Notes: generated from the sequence alone by a model not told the origin. Counted from the stretch's first letter, positions 26,014-35,842 are shown. The stretch: DNA of 64,000 nt from Clostridia bacterium (GCA_017527065.1 JAFXQO010000073.1:1693-65692), one strand, 5' to 3'. Program-made: numbers and translations.

Positions 26014-27189
26014 GTGCCGTCGTCGCTGAAATCGAAGCTCAACGCGCTTTCCTCCGGCGCGCCTGCCGCGCCGAAGCCGGCCGCCGGCCCCGCTCTGATG
26101 GAATACGTCAGCCGCGTCCCGGCGGACGGGGCGCTGTTCTCCCTGAGCGGGGAGGGGCTGCGGCGGATGCGCTTCGACGCGCCCTTCGACCCGAGGCGGG
26201 CGCTGTTCCTGGACACCGAGACCACCGGCCTCTCCGGCGGCGCGGGCACAGTGGCGTTTCTCGTGGGGCTGGGGCGCGTGGAGGGCGACCGCTTCGCCGT
26301 ATACCAGTACCTGATGCCCAACTACGGCGCGGAGCCGCTGCTGCTGGAAAAGGTGGCCGCGCTCGTCCGCGAGGCCGAGGCCCTGGTGACCTTCAACGGC
26401 CGATCTTTCGACGTGCCGCTGCTCCGGTCCCGGTTCGTCATGTGCCGCATGGAGGACCCCACCCGGGACATGCCCCATCTGGACCTCATCCACCCCGCCC
26501 GGCGGGCCTGGAAGCTGCGGCTGAAGGACTGCTCCCTGGGACACATCGAGGAGAGCGTGCTGGGGATCCGCCGCGAAAACGACATACCCGGCTCGGAGGT
26601 GCCCGAGCGGTATTTTTCCTTTCTCAAAAGCGGCGACATGAGCCTGCTGGAGGACATCGTATCCCACAACCGGCAGGACATCGTGTCGCTGGAAGCGCTG
26701 CTGGCGCGGCTCAGCCGGGCCTACGCCGCGCCGCTGGAGCAGACCAGCATGCTGGACGTGTTCAGCCTGGGCAAGGCGCTGGAAAAGCAGGGCGAGCGCG
26801 CCGAGGCGGGCGCCTGCTACCGCCTGGCCGCCCGGGAGCGCCCGCTGAGCGCCATGGCCCGGCTGCGGGAGCGCCATGTGGCCGGCAGCGCCAACCAGCG
26901 GCTGAGCCTCATGCTGCGCGCCGGTCGGGACTGGGGCGAAGCCGAGCGCGTGTGGCGCGAGATGATCGACCGGCGGCAGATGGGCGTGTTCCCCTACGTG
27001 GAGCTGGCCAAGCTGTACGAGCATCGGGCCGGCGACCCCCGGGAGGCGCTCCGGCTGACCGAGGCGGCGCTGGCGCTGGCCACGGCGGAGGAAAGAGGCG
27101 CGCTGGAGCGGCGCAGGATCCGGCTGCTCGCCTGCGTGGCCGCCCGGGAAAAGCGCGAAAAGCAAAGAAACAAAACGACGGAGGCGTGA
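26014..27189 (+). CDS. RNase-H-fold exonuclease-like protein with C-terminal TPR region (YprB/COG3359-like)
   Basis: GTG start with a GAGGAGGGA SD. LFLDTETTGL and TFNGRSFDVPLL motifs of the RNaseH-like/DnaQ-like fold. The C-terminal half is helical-repeat. Confidence 0.7.
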   Translation: MPSSLKSKLNALSSGAPAAPKPAAGPALMEYVSRVPADGALFSLSGEGLRRMRFDAPFDPRRALFLDTETTGLSGGAGTVAFLVGLGRVEGDRFAVYQYLMPNYGAEPLLLEKVAALVREAEALVTFNGRSFDVPLLRSRFVMCRMEDPTRDMPHLDLIHPARRAWKLRLKDCSLGHIEESVLGIRRENDIPGSEVPERYFSFLKSGDMSLLEDIVSHNRQDIVSLEALLARLSRAYAAPLEQTSMLDVFSLGKALEKQGERAEAGACYRLAARERPLSAMARLRERHVAGSANQRLSLMLRAGRDWGEAERVWREMIDRRQMGVFPYVELAKLYEHRAGDPREALRLTEAALALATAEERGALERRRIRLLACVAAREKREKQRNKTTEA

Positions 27190-27195
27190 TGTATT

Positions 27196-27951
27196 ATGGG
27201 ACTTTTTGACACATTCAGGTCGGAGGCCGCGGGACGCCGGGCCTATACGGCCCATGTTCAGGGCAACCGGCTCTACGACGCGGGCAAGACCGCCGAGGCC
27301 AAGGCCAAGCACGACCAGGCCGTAACGCTGTACGAGACGGCCTTCAAATGCGGCTGCAACAAGCCCGCCTACCTCATGGCCTACGGCGTGCTGCTGCTGC
27401 GCTACGGCCGCTTCGACGAATCGAAGGAGGTCCTTCTGAAGGCCGAGCACGCGCCGGGCATCACCAAGGACCAGAAGCGCCAGCTGCGCGTCAACTTCGC
27501 CATCTGCCAGTGGAAGCTGGGCAACCTGGATTCGGCCATCTCGCAGATGCGCATCGCCATGAACGACGGCGTGAACGGCCTCATTTACGGCTCGCTGGGC
27601 TACATGCTGATCGAAAAGGCCCGCCAGACCGGCGACTTCACCGAGGCCGTCGAGTTCAACGAAAAGGCGCTGGACTACGACGACGAGGACGCCGTGGTGC
27701 TGGACAACCTGGGCCAGCTCAACCTGGCCCTGGGGGAGAAGGACAAGGCGATGGAATACTTCACCAAGGCCCACGAGTACAAGCCGCGCCAGGTGGACAC
27801 CCTTTACTACCTGGCCCTGCTGTCCGCGGAGAAGGGCGACAAAAAACAGGCCCTTTCCTACATCGACCAGGCGCTGGACGGCAATTACTCCGCGCTGTGC
27901 ACCACCTCCCGGCAGCAGGCGCTCGATCTCAAGGCGCGTCTCAGCGCGTAA
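27196..27951 (+). CDS. tetratricopeptide-repeat protein
   Basis: 251 aa with recurrent A/Y/L-patterned 34-aa repeats (e.g. AMEYFTKAHEYKPRQVDTLYYLALL). Starts 7 nt after the previous gene. Confidence 0.7.
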   Translation: MGLFDTFRSEAAGRRAYTAHVQGNRLYDAGKTAEAKAKHDQAVTLYETAFKCGCNKPAYLMAYGVLLLRYGRFDESKEVLLKAEHAPGITKDQKRQLRVNFAICQWKLGNLDSAISQMRIAMNDGVNGLIYGSLGYMLIEKARQTGDFTEAVEFNEKALDYDDEDAVVLDNLGQLNLALGEKDKAMEYFTKAHEYKPRQVDTLYYLALLSAEKGDKKQALSYIDQALDGNYSALCTTSRQQALDLKARLSA

Positions 27952-27983
27952 GGCGGGCTTAAATCAATCCCGGAGGATCAACC

Positions 27984-30932
27984 ATGGCGAAAAAGAAGCA
28001 ATCCGGCGGCGCGCTGGCCCTGGCGGCGCTCATCGGCGCGCTGGCGCTGGCGGCCGGCTACCTGCTGGACCGCAGCGCGCTGGCGCGGGTGGGCGGCGAC
28101 CGGGCCGCGGACCTGGGCGCGCTGCGCATCAGCGAGGTGCAGACCGACAACTGGAACACCCTGCGCGCGGCGGACGGCGCGGCCCCGGCCTGGATCGAGA
28201 TCGAAAACACCGGGCGGGAGAGCGTGTCGCTGCGTGGGGCGTATCTTCAAAAGGATTTGAAGGTGGCCCGGGCCTTCGTGTTTCCGGATATCGAGCTGGC
28301 GGGAGGCGGCTTCCTGGTGGTGTTCGCCGGCGAGACGGTCTCGGCGGCTTCGCCCGGCGCGCTGGTGGCCCCGTTCAATCTGCCGCCGGGGGGCGGCGAG
28401 GCGATCATGCTCCTGGCCCCCGACCAGACGGTCATTGACTCCGTCGCCCTGCCGCGCCTCACCCCGGACGCCGCCTACTGCCGGGCGGACGGCGGGTGGG
28501 CCGTCACCCAGCGGGCCACGCCCGGCGCGGCCAACGTGGTGAGCGACGAGGCGCAGATCACGGCGTCGATGTCCACGGGCCGGATCGAGCTGAGCGAGAT
28601 CATGACCGGCAATCCCGCGTTTTATCCGGACGAAAACGGCCTGTTCCACGACTATGTGGAGCTGCACAACGCCTCCGGGCAGAGCGTGAGCCTCAAGGGC
28701 TGGCGGCTCTCCGACAATCACGACAAGCCGGACAAATGGACCCTGCCGGACGTGACGCTGCCGCCGGACGGCTATTTCGTCGTCTACTGTTCGGGCCTCA
28801 ACCGGGCGGACGACCCGGCGCGCCCCCACGCGAATTTCAGGCTCTCCGCCGGGGAGCCGGTGTGCCTCAGCGCGCCGGACGGGGCGCTGGCCGCCCTGGT
28901 GACGCCGCCCGCGCTGGAGAGCGGCCAGGCCTACAGCCTGTCGGAAGGCGTTTGGACGGCGGCCCTTCCCCCGACGCCCGGCGCCGAAAACGCCGCCGGC
29001 TCGGCCGACCGCCTTAACGCCCTGGGCGCTGCGGCGCTGAACGGCGTTTACATCAGCGAGATCCTGGCCCTGCCGGCGTCGGATGAAGAGGCGGATTGGG
29101 TGGAGATCTGCAACGGCGGCGGCGCGGCTGTGGACCTGTCGGGCTGGGGCCTTTCCGACCGGCTGGGCCGGCTGAGGAAATGGCAGCTGCCCGCGGGCAC
29201 GACCCTCGCCCCCGGCGAGCGCCTCACGGTGACCTGCTCGCCAGAGGTCAAGGGCGCGCTAGCCGCTCCCTTCTCCCTCAGCGGCGACGGCGGCTACGCG
29301 GTGTGCCTGTGCGACGCGGCGGGCGTCCTGGCGGACTGCGTGAGCCTGCCGCGGCAGTATGCCGGGGCCTCCTACGGCCGCGAGGCGGGCGGCCGCTGCG
29401 GCTACTTCGCCGATCCCACCCCCGGCGCGGCCAACGGCGCGGCGCTGAACGCCCCCGCGGAAGGCGCGGCGTATTCCGTGTCCGGCGGGGTATTCCGGAC
29501 CGGCGACAGCTTCGCCGTGTCCCTCAGCGCGGCGGCGGGCGCGCGCATCTACTACACCCTGGACTGCGCCGATCCGGACGAGTCCTCGCGCCTGTACGAC
29601 GGATCGCCCATCGCCGTCTCCTCCACCACCATCCTGCGCACCCGGGTTTACCGGGACGGCTGCCTGCCCTCCCTTTCCGACACGCAGAGCTACCTCTTCG
29701 ACGTGGACGGCGGGCGGGAGGTGAGCTTCGTGGTGTCGCTGGTGTCCGACCCGGAAAACCTGTACAGCGACGAAAAGGGCATCCTGGTCAAGGGCCCCAA
29801 CGCCACGGACACCTTCCCCTTCGGCTCCTACGGCCGCGGCGCGAATTTCTGGATGGACTGGGAGCGGGAGGCCCATGTGGATCTGTTCGACCACGGCGGG
29901 GAGGCCGTGATCTCCCAGGGCTGCGGCGTGAAGGTGCACGGCCGCAACTCCCGCGGCTACGACCTCAAGTGCCTCAAGGTCATCGCCCGCAATCGGTACG
30001 GCGAAAGCCTGTTCAGCTATCCGATCTTCGGCGACCGGCCCTACGGCGAATACGAGGCCTTCCTCATCCGCTGCGCCGGGCAGGACTACAAATACACCTT
30101 CATGCGCGACGCCGTGCTGACCTCCCTGGCCGCGGACACCTCCGTGCTGTATCAGGAGGCGGAGGAGGGCGTGTGCTACATCAACGGCGAATACTACTCC
30201 GCCGTCTACGTGCGCGAGAACGTGAGCGCCTGGTCCATCGCCCGGGCCATGGGCTGGGAGGGCCAGGAGGAGGACATCGACCTGGTCAAGAGCAGCAAGG
30301 AGGTCATGCAGGGCTCGGACGACACCTACCTGGCCCTGAAGGACTGGCTGGCCGCCCACGACACCACCACGCAGGAGGCCTTCGACGTGATCGACGCGGC
30401 CATCGACGTGGACAATTTCGCCGAGTACATCGCGCTGCAGGTGTACCTGGGCCCGCCGGACACCGTCAACGTGAAGCGCTTCCGCAACCAGAACACGGAC
30501 GGCAAGTGGCGCTGGGTGCTCTACGACGTGGACCGCGCCCTCCGGGACGACGTGGACGGCTTCGCCCTGCTGGCCCAGGGCACCAACAGCGCGCTGTTCA
30601 AGGCGTGCATGAGCAATCCCCTGTTCCAGGAGCGCTTCTTCGACTGCCTCAACCGCCTGCTGGCCACCACCCTGTCCTCCGGGCACGTGACGGCGCTGGC
30701 GCAGGCGCAGTACGGGCGCATCCGCCCGGTGCTGCCCGCTTTCTGGGAGAAGACCGGCATGACGGAGAAAAAGTACGAGGCCGCGTACAAGGGCCTTTTG
30801 AAGATGATCAGCGGGCGGCCCGCCAAGGTGATCGAAAACTGCCGGGACTGGCTGAAGCTGACAGACGATGACATGCGCCGCCTCCTGCCCGACGCCTTCG
30901 CGGCCATCGAGGCCTGGGAAGCCGCCAATTAA
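27984..30932 (+). CDS. membrane-anchored protein with multiple lamin-tail (LTD) domains and a CotH kinase domain
   Basis: N-terminal TM segment. There are repeated LTD-like units (ISEVQ.../WIEIEN..., LSEIMT...YVELHN, ISEIL...WVEICN). The C-terminal half has a CotH-like run: KGPNATD...VKVHGRNSRGY...CAGQDYKYTFMRD. Confidence 0.75.
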   Translation: MAKKKQSGGALALAALIGALALAAGYLLDRSALARVGGDRAADLGALRISEVQTDNWNTLRAADGAAPAWIEIENTGRESVSLRGAYLQKDLKVARAFVFPDIELAGGGFLVVFAGETVSAASPGALVAPFNLPPGGGEAIMLLAPDQTVIDSVALPRLTPDAAYCRADGGWAVTQRATPGAANVVSDEAQITASMSTGRIELSEIMTGNPAFYPDENGLFHDYVELHNASGQSVSLKGWRLSDNHDKPDKWTLPDVTLPPDGYFVVYCSGLNRADDPARPHANFRLSAGEPVCLSAPDGALAALVTPPALESGQAYSLSEGVWTAALPPTPGAENAAGSADRLNALGAAALNGVYISEILALPASDEEADWVEICNGGGAAVDLSGWGLSDRLGRLRKWQLPAGTTLAPGERLTVTCSPEVKGALAAPFSLSGDGGYAVCLCDAAGVLADCVSLPRQYAGASYGREAGGRCGYFADPTPGAANGAALNAPAEGAAYSVSGGVFRTGDSFAVSLSAAAGARIYYTLDCADPDESSRLYDGSPIAVSSTTILRTRVYRDGCLPSLSDTQSYLFDVDGGREVSFVVSLVSDPENLYSDEKGILVKGPNATDTFPFGSYGRGANFWMDWEREAHVDLFDHGGEAVISQGCGVKVHGRNSRGYDLKCLKVIARNRYGESLFSYPIFGDRPYGEYEAFLIRCAGQDYKYTFMRDAVLTSLAADTSVLYQEAEEGVCYINGEYYSAVYVRENVSAWSIARAMGWEGQEEDIDLVKSSKEVMQGSDDTYLALKDWLAAHDTTTQEAFDVIDAAIDVDNFAEYIALQVYLGPPDTVNVKRFRNQNTDGKWRWVLYDVDRALRDDVDGFALLAQGTNSALFKACMSNPLFQERFFDCLNRLLATTLSSGHVTALAQAQYGRIRPVLPAFWEKTGMTEKKYEAAYKGLLKMISGRPAKVIENCRDWLKLTDDDMRRLLPDAFAAIEAWEAAN

Positions 30933-30985
30933 GCCCGATCCGCGAGGCTTTCAAACATTTTCCGCGACATCCGGGGCAAAAGTGA

Positions 30986-31014
30986 TTGACCGGAGCCGTC
31001 CGGCGCGCTATAAT
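30986..31014 (+). promoter_or_regulatory. sigma-70 promoter (TTGACC, 17 nt spacer, TATAAT)
   Basis: TTGACC at 30986-30991 and TATAAT at 31009-31014. Confidence 0.65.
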
Positions 31015-31041
31015 TTTCCTGTACGGAGGGAGGAAGGTCAC

Positions 31042-31692
31042 TTGAAGAAAACTCGTATCGTCAAATCGGCCCTGCCCATCTACATGGCCGCGGCCGTGTG
31101 GCTCGTGTTCGGGCTGATTCATCCGGTTTATAAGCTGCTGCCGCTGATCCTCTGCGCGGTTTTGTCCGTCGCGGCGTATTTCGTGGGGCTCAAGCTGTTC
31201 CCCGGCCGGCAGGAGGAATACGAAGCCGCGCCCGATTCCGGCGACGCGGAGGTCAACCGCCAGATCACCGAGGGCCGCGAGGAGATGAGGCGCCTGCGCG
31301 AAGCCAACGCGGCGCTGACCGACCCCGGCATCACCGAGCGGCTCGACCGCATGGAGCACGCCGCGGGCAAGATCTTCGAGGCGCTGGAGCGCAACCCGCG
31401 CCAGGCCATGGAAGTGCGCAAGTTCATGAATTATTACCTGCCCGTGAGCGTGAAGCTGCTGGACCAATACCGCACGCTGGACAGCACCGGGCTGAACACG
31501 GACCACATCGCCAAGTCCAAGGCCGCCGTGGAAAACAGCCTGGACATGATCGCCGTCGCCTTCGAGAAGCAGGTGGACAACCTCTACCGCAACACGCATC
31601 TGGACATCACCACCGACATCCAGGTGCTGGAGAACATGATGGCTGCCGAGGGGCTTACGGACGCGCCCTCGCTTGCCCGCGCCGGCCGCTGA
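31042..31692 (+). CDS. xpaC: XpaC-like (5-bromo-4-chloroindolyl phosphate hydrolysis) membrane protein
   Basis: Probable TTG start at 31042 after GGAGGGAGGAAGG. Two N-terminal TM helices are followed by a helical domain. It sits directly upstream of a TelA/YaaN homologue, as in Bacillus subtilis. Confidence 0.6.
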   Translation: MKKTRIVKSALPIYMAAAVWLVFGLIHPVYKLLPLILCAVLSVAAYFVGLKLFPGRQEEYEAAPDSGDAEVNRQITEGREEMRRLREANAALTDPGITERLDRMEHAAGKIFEALERNPRQAMEVRKFMNYYLPVSVKLLDQYRTLDSTGLNTDHIAKSKAAVENSLDMIAVAFEKQVDNLYRNTHLDITTDIQVLENMMAAEGLTDAPSLARAGR

Positions 31693-31742
31693 GGTCCGCG
31701 CTATAAATGGGAATCTATTATACAGAAATGGAGGAACCCCAC

Positions 31743-32909
31743 ATGCATGATATCAAGCTGACCCTCGGCAACGAACCCATCGAACAGGCGCCCGCCGCGC
31801 CCGATCCGACCGCCGCGCTGGCCGCCGCCGAGGCCGCGGTCGAGACCGCGAAGCAGACCGTCGCCGAGCAGACCGCCCCGACCTTCACGGCCGACGAGCA
31901 GGCCCAGATCGACGAGTTCGCCGGCAAGATCGACGTGACCAATGCCTCGCTGGTGTTCCAGTATGGCGCCGGCACCCAGCAGAACATCGCCAACTTCTCC
32001 GACGCCGCGCTGGCCAACGTGCGCAGCAAGGACCTGGGCGAGGTGGGCGACATGATCGCCGGCCTGGTCACCCAGCTGCGTTCCTTCAACGTGGACACCG
32101 AGGAGGAGAAGGGCGGCATCTTCGGCTTCCTGAAGAAGAAGGTCGACAAGATGACCCTGCTCAAGAACCGCTATGACGACGTGGAAGTGAACGTGAACAA
32201 GCTGGTGAGCGAGCTGGAGAACCACCAGGTGACCCTGCTCAAGGACATCGCCACCATGGAGCAGCTCTACGACATGAACCTGGGCTACTTCAAGGAGCTG
32301 TCGATGTACATCGCCGCCGGCAAGAAGGCCCTCGACGAGTTCCGCGCCGGCGACCTGCAGGCCGCCCGCGACAAGGCGACCGCCTCCGGCCTCCCCGAGG
32401 ACGCCCAGGCCGCCAGCGACCTGGCCGCCATGGCCGACCGCTTCGAGAAGAAGATCTTCGACCTGGAGCTCACCCGCAACATCGCCATCCAGATGGCCCC
32501 GCAGATCCGCCTGCTGCAGAACAACAACCAGATGCTGGCCGAGAAGATCCAGTCCACCATCGTGAACACCATCCCGCTGTGGAAGAGCCAGATGGTGCTG
32601 GCCCTGGGCCTGGAGCACTCCCAGAGCGCGCTGCAGGCCGAGCGGTCCGTGACCGACCTCACCAACGACCTGCTCAAGAGCAACGCCGAGCGCCTGCATC
32701 AGGGCAGCGTGGAGATCGCCCGGGAGTCCGAGCGCGGCATCATCGACATCGAGACCCTCACCGAGACCAATCAGAAGCTCATCCAGACCATGGACGAGGT
32801 GCTCGAGATCCAGCAGACCGGCCGCCAGAAGAGGCGCGACGCCGAGGCGGAGCTGCAGAACATCGAGAAGCAGCTGCGCGAGAAGATGCTGGAGATGAAT
32901 ATGAAGTAA
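31743..32909 (+). CDS. telA: TelA/YaaN-family toxic-anion-resistance protein
   Basis: GGAGGA SD followed by ATG at 31743. FTADEQAQIDEFAGKIDVTNASLVFQYGAGTQQNIANFSD...VRSKDLGEVG matches the TelA N-terminal region. Confidence 0.8.
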   Translation: MHDIKLTLGNEPIEQAPAAPDPTAALAAAEAAVETAKQTVAEQTAPTFTADEQAQIDEFAGKIDVTNASLVFQYGAGTQQNIANFSDAALANVRSKDLGEVGDMIAGLVTQLRSFNVDTEEEKGGIFGFLKKKVDKMTLLKNRYDDVEVNVNKLVSELENHQVTLLKDIATMEQLYDMNLGYFKELSMYIAAGKKALDEFRAGDLQAARDKATASGLPEDAQAASDLAAMADRFEKKIFDLELTRNIAIQMAPQIRLLQNNNQMLAEKIQSTIVNTIPLWKSQMVLALGLEHSQSALQAERSVTDLTNDLLKSNAERLHQGSVEIARESERGIIDIETLTETNQKLIQTMDEVLEIQQTGRQKRRDAEAELQNIEKQLREKMLEMNMK

Positions 32910-32930
32910 TCATCCCGAAAGGATTGAACC

Positions 32931-33467
32931 ATGAAGCTTTCAGAAAATCGTCCGCTGGCCTGCGGCGTGCTGGCGCTGGTCATCGCCGGGACGCTGTTCA
33001 TCGGCGGCGGCAACGCGCTCAGCGCGAAGGGGAAGGCCGTCGAGGCGCTGTTCAGCGCCTCCTCGGAGAGCATCACCGCGGAGCTCAAGGAATTGGCCGA
33101 CAACGCCGTGGTGATGAACAGCATCGCCGCCAACGCCAAGGGCGCGAACGAAGCCTACGTTTCGGCCGTGACGGACGCCGTGGAGGCGCTGCGGGGCGCT
33201 GCGGGGGTTTCCGCCAGCGCGGACGCCAGCCACGATTTGACCGCGGCGGTCGAAAACCTGTATTCCAACGTGTCGAACCTGAAGCTCTCCGACAAGGACG
33301 CCGAGGACTTCAAGTATCGCTACCGGAACTACGAATCGGCGCTGCTGCGCATATCCCACGACAGCTACAACGACGAAGCGAGGGCCTTCAACATGGAGAA
33401 GGGCGGCTTCCCGGAGTGGCTGATCAGCGCGGTGCGCGGCATCCGCAACGCCGAACTGTTTGACTGA
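32931..33467 (+). CDS. divergent LemA-like membrane protein
   Basis: N-terminal TM segment. The C-terminal YNDEARAFNMEKGGFPEWLIS...ELF resembles the LemA C-terminus (YN..V..YN..I..FP.N). Followed by a TPM-domain gene, the usual LemA partner. Confidence 0.45.
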   Translation: MKLSENRPLACGVLALVIAGTLFIGGGNALSAKGKAVEALFSASSESITAELKELADNAVVMNSIAANAKGANEAYVSAVTDAVEALRGAAGVSASADASHDLTAAVENLYSNVSNLKLSDKDAEDFKYRYRNYESALLRISHDSYNDEARAFNMEKGGFPEWLISAVRGIRNAELFD

Positions 33468-33615
33468 TCATTGGCCTTTGCGAGCGGCCCGCGCGTTTTT
33501 TCCGCGGGCCGCCCGCGCAGGGGCGCGTATCAAAGCCCATCCCGCGCCGGCGGGCTTTGACATGCGCCCATCGACGCCCGGCTTTCGGGCGGATTATTGA
33601 TCGAGGAGGAGAAAG

Positions 33616-34821
33616 ATGAAGAAGGTATTCGCACTGGCGCTGGCGCTCATGCTGCTGCTCTCGGTTCCCGCGCTGGCGGCCGCCTCCGTGCTGAAGCCCA
33701 CGGATGATTTCTATGTGAACGACGCGGCGAACGTGCTCACCAACGAGACGGTGGGCCACATCGTGCTGAACAACGACGCGCTGTACAAGGCCTGCGGCGC
33801 GCAGATCGTGATCGTGACGGTGGACACCACCGGCTCCACGAAGCTGGAGAACTACGCCTACAAGCTGTTCAACGATTGGAAGATCGGCGGCTCGAAGAAT
33901 TACGGCTTCCTTCTGGTGATGGCCATTCGGGACGACGACTACTGGTACACCATCGGCTCCGGCCTGGACCAGTACCTGACCGCGGGCGACGTGGGCGAGC
34001 TGATCGACCAGTACCTGGAGCCGAATTTCGCCCGGCAGGACTACGACAAGGGCGCGCGGGCGTTCTTCGACGCCCTGTTCGCCGACGTGGCGCGCGTGCT
34101 GAAGGCGGGCGTTTCGGTGGACGAGACGGCCTATACCCGCTACGTGGCGAAGGAAAACGCGCAGAACGCCGGCACGCAGACGGGCGCGGTGGGCGGCGCG
34201 ACCTCCTCGTCCGATTCCGAAGAAGGCTCCGCTATCGTGGGCTTTTTGTTCATCGTGCTGGTCGTGGTGGTCATCGTGCTGATCGTGCGCAGCCGCAAGC
34301 GGCGCAGGGCGACCTACAATAATCCGAATCCCACGGTCATCGTCAACAATCCCGTGAGTTCGTCGCAGTCGTACAACCGCGGCTTCCTGGCGGGCATGCT
34401 GAGCCGTTCGGCGCGCCAGGCCCGGCGCACGCCGCCGCCTCCGCCGGTTCAGACGTATACGCAGGTCCCGCCGACCGGGCGCACCAACACGGCGACCCGG
34501 CCCACGCAGGCGACGCGGCCCGTTCAGACGCCGCCGGCCCAGACACGGGGCAGCGCGTCCTCCGGCCAGTCCTACGGCGGGTTCAGCCAGCCGCCGGGAC
34601 GGGCGAGCAGCGCGGGCCGGTCATACAGCGCCGGCTCCAGTTCCAGCTCGTCGCGTTCGAGCAGTAGCAGCAGCCGCAGTTCGAGCGGCGGTTCGATTTT
34701 CGGCGGATTCAGCGGCGGCGGCCGTTCTTCCGGCGGCTTTGGCCGCAGCGGAGGCTTTGGCGGCGGCCGTTCAGGCGGCGGCGGCTCTACCCGCGGCAGC
34801 GGCGGCGGCCGACATCGCTAG
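33616..34821 (+). CDS. TPM-domain (YgcG-like) protein with TM segment and long S/G/R/P-rich tail
   Basis: Signal peptide, then the TPM signature YVNDAANVL...IVIVTVDT...GFLLVMAIRDDDYWYTIGSGL, a TM helix (IVGFLFIVLVVVVIVLIV), and about 160 aa of low-complexity tail. Confidence 0.8.
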   Translation: MKKVFALALALMLLLSVPALAAASVLKPTDDFYVNDAANVLTNETVGHIVLNNDALYKACGAQIVIVTVDTTGSTKLENYAYKLFNDWKIGGSKNYGFLLVMAIRDDDYWYTIGSGLDQYLTAGDVGELIDQYLEPNFARQDYDKGARAFFDALFADVARVLKAGVSVDETAYTRYVAKENAQNAGTQTGAVGGATSSSDSEEGSAIVGFLFIVLVVVVIVLIVRSRKRRRATYNNPNPTVIVNNPVSSSQSYNRGFLAGMLSRSARQARRTPPPPPVQTYTQVPPTGRTNTATRPTQATRPVQTPPAQTRGSASSGQSYGGFSQPPGRASSAGRSYSAGSSSSSSRSSSSSSRSSSGGSIFGGFSGGGRSSGGFGRSGGFGGGRSGGGGSTRGSGGGRHR

Positions 34822-35060
34822 GCGGGCAGTGCCCGCGGACGCTTGCTGACGCGGCTATAAACGGACTTCATCGCGCTTAAGGCGCGCTCGAAGTCCTTCG
34901 CTGCGGGGCGCAGCGGCGTTAATGGGGTCATTCGCTCCGGCGGCCATAGATTGGAGCCGCCGAAGCTGTCAGAGTTTTGAAACGTGTCGATTGAAGCGCA
35001 GCCCGGACAACCGAGAAAAAGGTGTCCGGGCTGATTTCGGGAAATGGGGAATCGTTTTTT

Positions 35061-35819
35061 ATGGAAGTCACCTGGCAAATGCTGCTCATTGTGTGTCCGC
35101 TGGTGTTTCTGGCGTCCACGGTGGACGCCATCGGCGGGGGCGGCGGGCTGATTTCGCTGCCGGCGTATCTGCTCACGGGGCTGCCGCCGGCGGTGGCGGC
35201 GGGCAGCAACAAGATGTCGGCCAGCATCGGCACGCTGATCGCCACGGGGCGGTTTTTGAAGAGCGGGCGGCTGCTGGTGAAGCCGGCGCTGTGCGCGGCG
35301 GCGGGGGCTCTGCCGGGCGCGTGGCTGGGGGCGGAGCTGCTCAAGCGCGCGGACCCGGCGGTGGTGCGGGTGTTCCTGATCGTGGCGATCCCGGTGATGG
35401 CGCTGGTGCTCATCTTCAAAAAGGACGCCCCGGCCCAGTCGAAGCCCATCACGGTGGCGCGGCTGTGGGGCTGTCTGGCGCTGGGCGTGGGCTGCGGGTT
35501 TTACGATGGCTTCTTCGGCCCCGGCACGGGCACGCTGCTCATCATGGGCCTCACCTGGCTCATCGGCATGGACATGGTGACGGCCTCCGGCAGCGCGAAG
35601 CTCATCAACCTGGCGAGCAACGTGTCGGCGCTCGTCTCGCTCATATCGGGCGGGAAGGTGCTGTTTTCGCTGGCGCTGCCTGCGGCGGCGTTTTCGCTGG
35701 CGGGCGGGTATCTGGGAAGCTGGCTGGCCATCCGGCGCGGCGCGGGGTTCATCCGCAAGATCATGCTGGCGGTGCTGGCGATCCTGATCGTGCGGCTGGC
35801 CGTGGAGTGGTTCGCGTGA
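35061..35819 (+). CDS. TauE/SafE (TSUP) family anion-export permease
   Basis: DAIGGGGGLISLPAYL motif and 7-8 TM helices. ATG at 35061 (MEVTWQML). Confidence 0.8.
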   Translation: MEVTWQMLLIVCPLVFLASTVDAIGGGGGLISLPAYLLTGLPPAVAAGSNKMSASIGTLIATGRFLKSGRLLVKPALCAAAGALPGAWLGAELLKRADPAVVRVFLIVAIPVMALVLIFKKDAPAQSKPITVARLWGCLALGVGCGFYDGFFGPGTGTLLIMGLTWLIGMDMVTASGSAKLINLASNVSALVSLISGGKVLFSLALPAAAFSLAGGYLGSWLAIRRGAGFIRKIMLAVLAILIVRLAVEWFA

Positions 35820-35842
35820 AAAAGAGAATACGGGAAAGTGAT

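Noticed and set aside
34822-35060. Possible riboswitch or leader upstream of the TauE/SafE permease gene (hairpins CTCCGGCGGCC...GGAGCCGCCGAAG and CCCGGACA...TGTCCGGG)
   Set aside because: I cannot match the sequence to any riboswitch consensus I know. Rfam cmscan would be needed.
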